A DNA stretch of 64,000 bases, taken from contig CAZBOB010000001.1 in NCBI GenBank assembly GCA_964492995.1, forward strand, positions 8,827 through 72,826. Reading direction: 5' to 3'. The translations under genes and the position numbers were made by a program. Of this stretch, positions 56,402 through 64,000 are shown in pieces. The notes under the pieces are model-generated. The model saw only the letters and a program-made list of their open reading frames with translations, was not told the origin of the DNA and did not search any database. Source of the stretch: an uncultured Desulfobacteraceae bacterium (GTDB taxonomy: Bacteria; Desulfobacterota; Desulfobacteria; Desulfobacterales; UBA11574). How positions within the stretch are numbered: the stretch's first letter is position 1; each line of letters begins with the position of its first letter.

Positions 56402-59400
56402 AATTAAGGATGGTTTACAACTTAAGTCAATCGTTGCCTCAATTTTCGTATTGCTTATAGTCCAGATGCTTGCACTGCCAGTAGCGGTAAGTAACGAGGC
56501 AGCAGGAAGGGTTTTAGAAAAACCCAAGATAATAATTATACCTACCTGTGAGGCTTCTTCTCCTTATCAGCTTCAAAAGGCAAAAGAGGAAGTTAGGAGC
56601 TTCCTGGATGTCAGTTTATACAGCGGAACAGGTAAGGGATACTTACCACCAGCAGAGGGGCTGGACCTCAGCGCCTATGATGTGATTTTCGTGGTTGGTA
56701 ATTCGCCTGCGACTTTTAAATTGAATCAGGCCCTTGATGAGGCAAAGAAGAAGGCGACTGTCGTCGTGGTGGCTCCTGTCATGGTGGAAGGGAATGTCGA
56801 CCTTACTGAACATCCATGGTTAGAACAATATTGGTTTAACAGATGCCAGGAAAATTTCCGCAGGCTAATGATCTATCTGGGAGTAAAATTCTGCGGATTG
56901 AAGACACAGGTAGAAAAACCTATAGTCTTCCCTGAAAGGGCCATTTATCATCCGGATGCAAAGAGAATTTTTGAAACAACAGATGATTACCTGAGGTGGT
57001 ATATCGATAATACTGCCAAAACTCATCATATATATAACTCTAAAATGCCAACCATAGGGATATTATTCTACAGGAGCTCTTATACAAAGAAAAAATTAAA
57101 GGTAATAGATGCCTTAATCAAAGCAATAGAAAAAAGAGGATGTAATGCCATAGCATTATATGGGTTTCATGGCTTTTGTTTGGATAAATTCTTTATTAAG
57201 GATGGAAAGCCAGTCATTGATTCCATAATTTCTTTGACTTACAGCTTAGGTTATTCGAATCAACAAAAGGAAGTTGAAGAAGCGGAATCTATAGATGTTC
57301 CATTTTTACAGGCATTAAAACATTATCGTAAGACCTCTCAGGAATGGGAGGGGAGTTTAGAAGGGCTGGCAACAGATATGCTCCCATATGTTCTTTATGC
57401 TGAAATGGATGGGATGTTTGAGCCAATGTTGATAGCTGGCAAAGTAATGTTGGATACAGGAAGAGATCACTACAAAGTTATAGACTATCAGATTGACTGG
57501 CGGGTAGAGAGGGCTATTGCTTGGGCAAGATTACACCGGATGAAAAATTGGGATAAAAAGATAGCTATAACATACTATAGCGAGGGTGGCGGAAAGGCAA
57601 ATATAGGAGCAGATATTGACTATTATCTGGATGTTCCATCAAGTCTGGCCAATCTTTTCAAGGAAATGAAATCAAGGGGATACAATCTCGGAGATAAGCT
57701 GGTATTAGATAGCGCTAAACTTTCTAAGGCAATGGCTGAAGTGGGAAGCAATGTTGGGGTATGGGCTCAAGGTGAATTAAGAAGAAGAGTAAAAGATGGA
57801 AGTATAATACTAATTCCAGAACAGAAATATCTGAAATGGTTTAGCGAGCTTTCTGAAGATAAAAGGAATGGGGTAATAGAAAGATGGGGCCAGCCGCCTG
57901 GTGAAATAATGGTTTACAAAGATAGCGGTAAAAAATATATTGTTATACCAAAGATTCGGTTTGGCAATGTAATACTTCTTCCCCATCCCACCTGGGGCTT
58001 TTTGCAGGATGAAGCAATACTTTATCACCAAGGGGCAACACCCCCTCATCATCAATATATGGCCTTTTGGTTTTGGTTAAATAGAGAATTTAAGGCTGAC
58101 GCAGTCTTTACTGCTTTTACCCAGATTTCATTAATGCCGGGCAAACAGATTGGTTTATCAAGGCATGATTGGGGTAGCCTACTACTCCAACATGTCCCCA
58201 ACATTCATCCCTTTCCGATTCAGGGTAACGGAGGTGTGCATAATAAAAGAAGGGCAAATGCACTCTTGATAGATTATATGCCTACTATTGTTTCATCCGA
58301 GTTGTATGGAGAACTATTGGGGTTGCAGAAGAAGATGTCTCTTTATGAAGAAGCACATAATGCATTAAAGGAAGAATACAAAGAGGGAATATTAAAAGAG
58401 TGTACGAGACTGAAGTTGGATAAGGATCTCAATGTGAAAATTGATTTAATACAATTTGAAGACCTTATAGGAAAACTGAATCACTACCTTGATCAGATAA
58501 AAAGAGAACATATGCCCTATGGCTCCCATACGTTAAGTGAACCCCCCACAGGAGAACCTTTAGTTGAAATGATATCATCGATGCTCGGCAAGGAATTTAA
58601 GGAGCATATTACTAAGTTAAATTCTAAAAAAGAGCGATTGGGTGAAAGATTACTGAAAGAAATTATCCTGAACAGATTAACTCCAGAGGAGGCGCAAAAG
58701 ACTGTTCTAGGCCAGATATCCAGGGAGATTGGTGATGATTTGAATTTAGCAATAGAGTATGCCAGAAGGATAGATGCCTGCCATATAGAGATACCCCGGA
58801 TACTGGATGCATTTGAAGGGAAATATATACTGCCCGGGCCAATGGATGATCCAATCAGAAACCCTGACGCTTTACCCACAGGCCGAAATCCCTACACCTT
58901 TGATACCAGAAGCATTCCTACTAAAGAAGCCTGGCAGATTGGTAAAAGGATGGTAGATCAATTATTAGAACAGCACTTGAACAAAAATAAGAAATATCCT
59001 CGCCAGATAGCCTTTGTTCTTTGGTCCAGTGAAACCACCAAGCATCATGGGATTATGGAGGCAGAGATACTTTATTTACTCGGTGTAAAGCCTATCTGGG
59101 ATAAAAAAAGCCGGGTAGAAGATGTTGAACTGATAGATAAGGCCGATCTTGAGAGGCCTAGAATAGATGTTCTGGTTATTACCTCTGGATTATATAGGGA
59201 ACATTTTCAGAATCAGATTCGTTTGATTGATAAAGCCGTTCGTTTAGCAACTGAAGTGAGTGAATCATCAAATTATGTCAAGCAAAATGCCCGGATAATC
59301 GAAAGCAAGCTTTTAAAGAATAATTATGCAGAATCTGAAGCTGTTGATTTGTCAAAGGCAAGAGTTTTTTCTGAAGCAATGGGTGCTTATTCGCCAAACC

Positions 59401-60467
59401 TTCAATTTGCTGTCCCTGCCAGCGACAGTTGGCAGGACGATACCCAACTCAGCGACCTCTATGTTAATAGGATGGGTCACACATATGGAGAGAATGTGCA
59501 GAGTAAGCAGGTAAAAGATGTATTTAGACAGAATCTTAAAACAGTTAAAGCCGGGGTATTTAGTCGCAGTTCAAATGTTTATGGTGTGTTAGACCATCCT
59601 ATGGTGGCAGCCTACTTTGGAGGGTTAAAGTTGGCTGTTAGAAATACATCAAATAAAAAGTTAGATATGTATATAACCAATCTTAAGGATAAAAATAATC
59701 CAGAAGTAGAGACTCTGGAGCACTTTTTCAATCGAGAGCTTAGGTCAAGGTATTTTAACCCCAAATGGATTAGAGGGATGATGGAGCATAAATATGATGG
59801 GGCAAGGTATATGGCTACATTTACCGAAGACCTATGGATATGGGATGTTACCAGCCCTGAGATGATAACTGAAGATATGTGGAATGAGGTTAATGAAGTT
59901 TATGTAAAAGACAAATATAACCTCGATTTAAAAAACTACTTTAACAAAAACAACCCTCACGCCTTTCAGTCAATTGTCGCTACAATGTTAGATGTGGTAA
60001 GGAAGGGATACTGGGATGCACCTGAGGGGATAAAAAAATCCCTCGCCAAGGAATATGCCATAAGTGTGATTGAAAAAGGCATTGCCTGCTGTCATCATAC
60101 CTGCAACAACCCGGCCTTAAATCAGATGGTGGTGAATATCATTTCTTTGCCCGGGCTATTATCTCCAGAATTAGTTAATCAATTTCAGGCGATTATCTCC
60201 AAGGCAATGGGAATGAGCATGGAAGAAGCGGTGGAAAAAAGAAAGACATTGCAGGAGAAACTTGCTAAGGTTACCGAAGAGATTCGTCAGGAGGAAAAGG
60301 TAGTTAAAGGTAAGAAACCGGATAAAGAAAAGATTGAAGGATATGAGATGGTTGAAGAAAAACCGGAAGATACAAAAATAACCGTCTCGGGCTCCTCATG
60401 GATAGTAATGGCCATTGTCATTGGCCTCCTGAGCCTTTTGGCCATCGGGTGGAGAAAGAAGATATAG
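56385..60467 (+). CDS. CobN/Mg-chelatase-family large subunit homolog with an N-terminal signal peptide and a C-terminal membrane anchor
   Basis: 1360 aa. The body is colinear with the CobN family (e.g. ...YYSEGGGKANIGA..., ...HQYMAFWFWL..., ...PTGRNPYTFD..., ...VLWSSETTKHHG..., ...DHPMVAAYFGG...). N-terminus MFRKNKIKDGLQLKSIVASIFVLLIVQMLALPVAVS. C-terminus SSWIVMAIVIGLLSLLAIGWRKKI. Confidence 0.8.
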   Translation: MFRKNKIKDGLQLKSIVASIFVLLIVQMLALPVAVSNEAAGRVLEKPKIIIIPTCEASSPYQLQKAKEEVRSFLDVSLYSGTGKGYLPPAEGLDLSAYDVIFVVGNSPATFKLNQALDEAKKKATVVVVAPVMVEGNVDLTEHPWLEQYWFNRCQENFRRLMIYLGVKFCGLKTQVEKPIVFPERAIYHPDAKRIFETTDDYLRWYIDNTAKTHHIYNSKMPTIGILFYRSSYTKKKLKVIDALIKAIEKRGCNAIALYGFHGFCLDKFFIKDGKPVIDSIISLTYSLGYSNQQKEVEEAESIDVPFLQALKHYRKTSQEWEGSLEGLATDMLPYVLYAEMDGMFEPMLIAGKVMLDTGRDHYKVIDYQIDWRVERAIAWARLHRMKNWDKKIAITYYSEGGGKANIGADIDYYLDVPSSLANLFKEMKSRGYNLGDKLVLDSAKLSKAMAEVGSNVGVWAQGELRRRVKDGSIILIPEQKYLKWFSELSEDKRNGVIERWGQPPGEIMVYKDSGKKYIVIPKIRFGNVILLPHPTWGFLQDEAILYHQGATPPHHQYMAFWFWLNREFKADAVFTAFTQISLMPGKQIGLSRHDWGSLLLQHVPNIHPFPIQGNGGVHNKRRANALLIDYMPTIVSSELYGELLGLQKKMSLYEEAHNALKEEYKEGILKECTRLKLDKDLNVKIDLIQFEDLIGKLNHYLDQIKREHMPYGSHTLSEPPTGEPLVEMISSMLGKEFKEHITKLNSKKERLGERLLKEIILNRLTPEEAQKTVLGQISREIGDDLNLAIEYARRIDACHIEIPRILDAFEGKYILPGPMDDPIRNPDALPTGRNPYTFDTRSIPTKEAWQIGKRMVDQLLEQHLNKNKKYPRQIAFVLWSSETTKHHGIMEAEILYLLGVKPIWDKKSRVEDVELIDKADLERPRIDVLVITSGLYREHFQNQIRLIDKAVRLATEVSESSNYVKQNARIIESKLLKNNYAESEAVDLSKARVFSEAMGAYSPNLQFAVPASDSWQDDTQLSDLYVNRMGHTYGENVQSKQVKDVFRQNLKTVKAGVFSRSSNVYGVLDHPMVAAYFGGLKLAVRNTSNKKLDMYITNLKDKNNPEVETLEHFFNRELRSRYFNPKWIRGMMEHKYDGARYMATFTEDLWIWDVTSPEMITEDMWNEVNEVYVKDKYNLDLKNYFNKNNPHAFQSIVATMLDVVRKGYWDAPEGIKKSLAKEYAISVIEKGIACCHHTCNNPALNQMVVNIISLPGLLSPELVNQFQAIISKAMGMSMEEAVEKRKTLQEKLAKVTEEIRQEEKVVKGKKPDKEKIEGYEMVEEKPEDTKITVSGSSWIVMAIVIGLLSLLAIGWRKKI

Positions 60468-60512
60468 GGTGCGAAAAGTGACAGGACAAAAGACAAGGCA
60501 AGGGGGAGATAG

Positions 60513-61307
60513 ATGCCTAAGATGAAAACACCTATTGTTATAACAGCTTTCGGCACCACCACAAAGGCGATGGATACCTATGATTATATGGACAGGATTA
60601 TCAGAGAAAGATTTTCTAACCATAAAATAAAATGGGCCTATTCATCAAGGATGGTCAGGGATTTTAGCAAAAGGAGAAAAAACATTGATTTAAAGAGTCC
60701 CCAACAGGTGCTGTCCGATCTTGTCGCTGAAGGTTATCCGTGGTCCATTGTTCAGTCCCTGCACCTTCTCTGCGGCCATGAATTCTACCGTCTAGTCCAG
60801 GAGGTGAAACAGAGTCCTGTAAGAACATCCATGGGACTGCCTCTTTTAAGCGGTCCCGAGGATTATGAGGATGTGGTGAATGAACTCGGCAGCACCTTCC
60901 CTGACTATGCAAATGAAGCGGTTGTCCTGGTCGGACATGGAACAGATCATCCTGCATGGTCTTCATATATGGCCTTGCATCACATGTTTCGTGAAAAATT
61001 CGGCCCCAGGATTTTTATGGGTGTGGTGGAAGGATATCCTTCGAGAAAAAAACTCGTTGAAATGGTTAAGAAAACGGGCTTTAAAAAAGTTTTGCTTATC
61101 CCTTTTATGATAGTTGCAGGGGTGCATTTCATAGAAGACCTTTCAGGAGAGAAAGATTCCTGGAAAACAGCTTTTGAAGAGGAACAAATTCTGGTTTCAA
61201 TTGAAAAAGCTGGGCTCGGTTTTCAGCCAAGTATCATCGATATCCTCTGCAGACATATCCAGGAAGCACTCAATGTGATTCCTTTATCCCAAAAAATTAA
61301 CGGATAA
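60513..61307 (+). CDS. cbiK: Sirohydrochlorin cobaltochelatase (anaerobic pathway)
   Basis: IVITAFGTT...LKSPQQVLSDLVAEGY..IVQSLHLLCGHEFYRL...VLVGHGTDHPA parallels Salmonella CbiK (VVSFGTS...LQKLAAQGY..IQSLHIINGDEY). Confidence 0.85.
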   Translation: MPKMKTPIVITAFGTTTKAMDTYDYMDRIIRERFSNHKIKWAYSSRMVRDFSKRRKNIDLKSPQQVLSDLVAEGYPWSIVQSLHLLCGHEFYRLVQEVKQSPVRTSMGLPLLSGPEDYEDVVNELGSTFPDYANEAVVLVGHGTDHPAWSSYMALHHMFREKFGPRIFMGVVEGYPSRKKLVEMVKKTGFKKVLLIPFMIVAGVHFIEDLSGEKDSWKTAFEEEQILVSIEKAGLGFQPSIIDILCRHIQEALNVIPLSQKING

Positions 61308-61317
61308 GGAGGTTGCT

Positions 61318-62697
61318 ATTAAAGGAATAATCATAGCAGGCACAATGAGCGGATGCGGGAAAACCACGGTTACCCTTGGTTTTATGGCATCTTTAGCGAA
61401 ACGCGGTCTTAATGTGGCCCCGTTTAAGGTAGGACCTGATTTTATTGACCCCGGTCACCATACCCGTATCACCGGAGTCGCCAGCAGAAATCTGGACGGC
61501 TGGATGCTTTCAAAATCATATAATGTGAATAATTTTCTCAAGCACACCCAATCCGCCGATATTGCGATTGTTGAAGGGGTAATGGGTCTTTTTGACGGTT
61601 ATGACGGCAAGAGTGAAGCCGGCTCTACCGCTCAACTGGCCAAATGGATCGGCCTTCCGGTTATCCTGGTTGTTGATGCCAGAAGCATGGCCCGGAGCGC
61701 TGCAGCCCTTGTTCAGGGATTTGAACGGTTTGATCCTGATCTTACATATGCCGGTGTTCTCTTTAATAATATAGCCAGCAGCCGGCATCTGGAGTATTTA
61801 AAAGAAGCTCTGAAGGATAATGTCACCATGCCCTGTCTGGGAGGCATTCTTCATGATAAGGAGATATGGATCCCTGAAAGACACCTGGGTCTTGTTACTC
61901 AGCAGGATCATCCGTTTGGCGGAGAAAAGATCGATCTGTTTGCAAATGTTATTGAAAATACTCTGGATATTGATGCCTTTTTGAATCTTCTTCCGGAGTT
62001 GGAAACGCCCGAAAAGAAACCGGAGCCTCAAGAATATCCGGTAAGCCCTAAGGTAAAAATCGGGCTGCCAATGGACAATGCGTTCTGTTTTTATTATGCA
62101 GATAACCTCGATATACTGACAGAACAGGGTGCAGAACTCGTTTGTTTCTCGCCCATTAACGACGCATATCTTCCGGATGATCTGGACGGATTATATCTGG
62201 GCGGCGGGTATCCCGAGCTTTTCGCAAAGCAGCTTTTTGAAAATTCAGGTTTGCGAAAACAGATTAAGGAAAAAAGCTTGCAAGGCATGCCCATTTATGG
62301 AGAATGCGGTGGATTCATGTACCTTTGCAGGGAAATACGCGACACGAACGGAAACTTGTTTCCCATGACCGGATGCTTTCCATTTGTGACATCCATGTTT
62401 ACCCGCTTAAAATCATTAGGATATCGGGAAATAACCTTTACAAAAGATATGGTTATCGGAAAAAGGGGCCAAACCGTCAGAGGGCATGAATTTCACTATT
62501 CGGAACTAACAGAATATTCTGAAAATGTAGAGACGGTTTATCAGGTATCGCCCAGGAAAGAAATCAAAATAACAAAAGAAGGATATATGGTAAACCACAC
62601 CCTGGGAAGTTACAACCACCTTCATTTCGGCAGTTGTCCGGAAGTGGGCAAACAATTTGTCGAATCATGTTTGCAGTATAAAGAGGAAAGAACATAA
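61318..62697 (+). CDS. cbiA: Cobyrinate a,c-diamide synthase
   Basis: GKTTVTLG P-loop and a C-terminal glutamine amidotransferase domain (YGECGGFMYL, GHEFHYS). The conserved IKGIIIAGT precedes the first ATG (61345), so the start is probably non-canonical (ATT at 61318, 5 nt after AGGAGG). Confidence 0.85.
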   Translation: MKGIIIAGTMSGCGKTTVTLGFMASLAKRGLNVAPFKVGPDFIDPGHHTRITGVASRNLDGWMLSKSYNVNNFLKHTQSADIAIVEGVMGLFDGYDGKSEAGSTAQLAKWIGLPVILVVDARSMARSAAALVQGFERFDPDLTYAGVLFNNIASSRHLEYLKEALKDNVTMPCLGGILHDKEIWIPERHLGLVTQQDHPFGGEKIDLFANVIENTLDIDAFLNLLPELETPEKKPEPQEYPVSPKVKIGLPMDNAFCFYYADNLDILTEQGAELVCFSPINDAYLPDDLDGLYLGGGYPELFAKQLFENSGLRKQIKEKSLQGMPIYGECGGFMYLCREIRDTNGNLFPMTGCFPFVTSMFTRLKSLGYREITFTKDMVIGKRGQTVRGHEFHYSELTEYSENVETVYQVSPRKEIKITKEGYMVNHTLGSYNHLHFGSCPEVGKQFVESCLQYKEERT

Positions 62698-62702
62698 ATG
62701 TT

Positions 62703-63317
62703 ATGAAACCCGAAGAAATCGAAACGTTAAGTTTTAAAATCATTGATAAAGAGGCAGGTCCGCATAATTTTTCTTCTAATGAATGGCGTATTGTGCAGAG
62801 GATGATCCACACCTCTGCCGATTTTGAATATATAAAGACGGTTCGATTCCACCCCAAAGCGATCACAGCAGGAGTAAATGCCATCAGGCTGGGAAAAACC
62901 ATCATCACGGATACAAATATGGCAAGGGCCGGTATTCGCAAGCAAGATGTTCAGCGCTTCGGCAGCACCATAAAATGTTATATTAATGATCCGGAAGTAA
63001 TAAAGATTTCGGTAAAGACAGGAAAAACAAGGGCGGAAGTGGCTGTCGATACTGCCATTCCCGTGATTAAAGACGGCATATATGTTATCGGTAACGCGCC
63101 AACAGCACTTTTTCGCCTCATTGAACGGGTAAAGGAAAATAAAGCCAGACCCGCTCTAATTATCGGGCTTCCTGTGGGATTTGTAAATGCAGCGGAATCA
63201 AAGGCGGCACTGATTGAGATGGATTATCCATATATTTCCAACGCGAGTAGAAAGGGAGGTTCAAACATTGCGGCAAGCGTGGTAAATGCTTTAGGAAAAA
63301 TGGCTGTAACCGTCTAG
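62703..63317 (+). CDS. cbiC: Cobalt-precorrin-8 methylmutase
   Basis: 204 aa. IHTSADFEY, ITDTNM, and VIGNAPTALFRL are CbiC/CobH signatures. Confidence 0.85.
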   Translation: MKPEEIETLSFKIIDKEAGPHNFSSNEWRIVQRMIHTSADFEYIKTVRFHPKAITAGVNAIRLGKTIITDTNMARAGIRKQDVQRFGSTIKCYINDPEVIKISVKTGKTRAEVAVDTAIPVIKDGIYVIGNAPTALFRLIERVKENKARPALIIGLPVGFVNAAESKAALIEMDYPYISNASRKGGSNIAASVVNALGKMAVTV

Positions 63318-63364
63318 ATTTTTAAGACAAAAAAATATCGTACCGGGTGATGAATGAGGAACCT

Positions 63365-64000
63365 ATGAAAAATAAAAAAGGGATTTTATACGGCTTGGGT
63401 GTGGGACCCGGTGATCCGGAATTGATCACCCTAAAGGCCACACGAGTATTAAATAGTGTGGATATTGTTTTTGCGGCAGCCTCCACAAAAAAGAGTTACA
63501 GCCTGGCCATAAGCATTGCAAAACCGTACATTCCGGATCTGACCCCCATAAGGATGCTTAGGTTTCCCATGACAAGGGATAAGAATGAAACGCAAAAAGC
63601 ATGGAAGGATCATGCACTGACAATTATTAAAGAACTGGAACAGGGATATAATGTGGCTTTTATAACCCTGGGTGATCCCATGACCTATTCAACCTATGGT
63701 TACATTTTAAAGACCATCCAGACCCTGGCACCACACCAGCCGGTTATCAGCATACCCGGCATAACCTCTTACCACGCCTCAGCAGCCTGCTTGAATACCC
63801 CTCTTGTAGAGGGTGAAGAATCACTTTTAATTACTTCCGGCGCCAGGGGGGGAGATCGATTTAGACAGCTTTCCGTGAAGCCGGAAACCGTTGTTTTTCT
63901 GAAAGCATACCGTAATGTAAAAGACATAACCTCCGCTCTTGATGAAGCCAATCGCCTTGAGAACAGTGTAGGAGTCACAAACTGCGGGCTTCCGGACCAG
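63365..64000 (+). CDS. cbiL: Cobalt-precorrin-2 C20-methyltransferase, N-terminal part (3' end outside window)
   Basis: Not in the ORF track because it runs off the window. My translation reads MKNKKGILYGLGVGPGDPELITLKATRVLNSVDIVF...ITLGDPMTYSTYGY...IPGITSYHA, a tetrapyrrole methylase of CbiL/CobI type. Confidence 0.8.
   Translation, partial: MKNKKGILYGLGVGPGDPELITLKATRVLNSVDIVFAAASTKKSYSLAISIAKPYIPDLTPIRMLRFPMTRDKNETQKAWKDHALTIIKELEQGYNVAFITLGDPMTYSTYGYILKTIQTLAPHQPVISIPGITSYHASAACLNTPLVEGEESLLITSGARGGDRFRQLSVKPETVVFLKAYRNVKDITSALDEANRLENSVGVTNCGLPDQ

Noticed and set aside
56385-60467. Annotating this gene simply as the aerobic-pathway cobaltochelatase CobN of B12 biosynthesis.
   Set aside because: The predicted signal peptide and C-terminal anchor argue against the standard cytoplasmic role. 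So do the absence of cobS/cobT in the block, the presence of cbiK, and the receptor and ExbB-like neighbours. It is kept as a CobN-family homolog of unknown role.

Overview
This looks like a chromosomal segment from an anaerobic, probably deltaproteobacterium-like organism. That guess rests only on gene content: a Sec-containing DsbA-like gene and anaerobic cbi genes. No searches were run, so all family calls come from motifs read in the translations.

Gene content, left to right:
- pntB 3' end, GMP-reductase-like gene, a methyltransferase, and a small AT-rich islet.
- A DsbA-like selenoprotein with an in-frame TGA.
- A CusRS-like two-component pair, an exported protein, and a frameshifted porin-like gene.
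- Three small genes, one very Cys-rich.
- acnA, a tamB plus Omp85 pair, and an APC permease.
- An SOS mutagenesis block: lexA, DUF72, imuB, dnaE2, with no imuA.
- A TolC/MFP/RND efflux set.
- A decayed accessory patch (AAA ATPase, nucleotidyltransferase pair) next to an orphan recC.
- A B12 riboswitch with btuFCD, an HDOD protein, and a sugar phosphorylase.
- Two tandem B12 riboswitches in front of a TonB-dependent receptor, three small membrane proteins (a CPxC membrane protein, an ExbB-like and an ExbD-like protein) and an exported, membrane-anchored CobN-type chelatase.
- cbiK, cbiA, cbiC and cbiL.

The most interesting items:
- The riboswitch-gated envelope CobN-like system.
- A superfamily of long-hairpin repeats. 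Its subfamilies have different arms but share one conserved apical core with covarying flanking stems.
- A GGAAT-rich repeat family, one copy of which forms the lexA leader.
- A composite element built from inverted arrays of 7-bp repeats.

No rRNA, tRNA, CRISPR array or transposase gene was seen.
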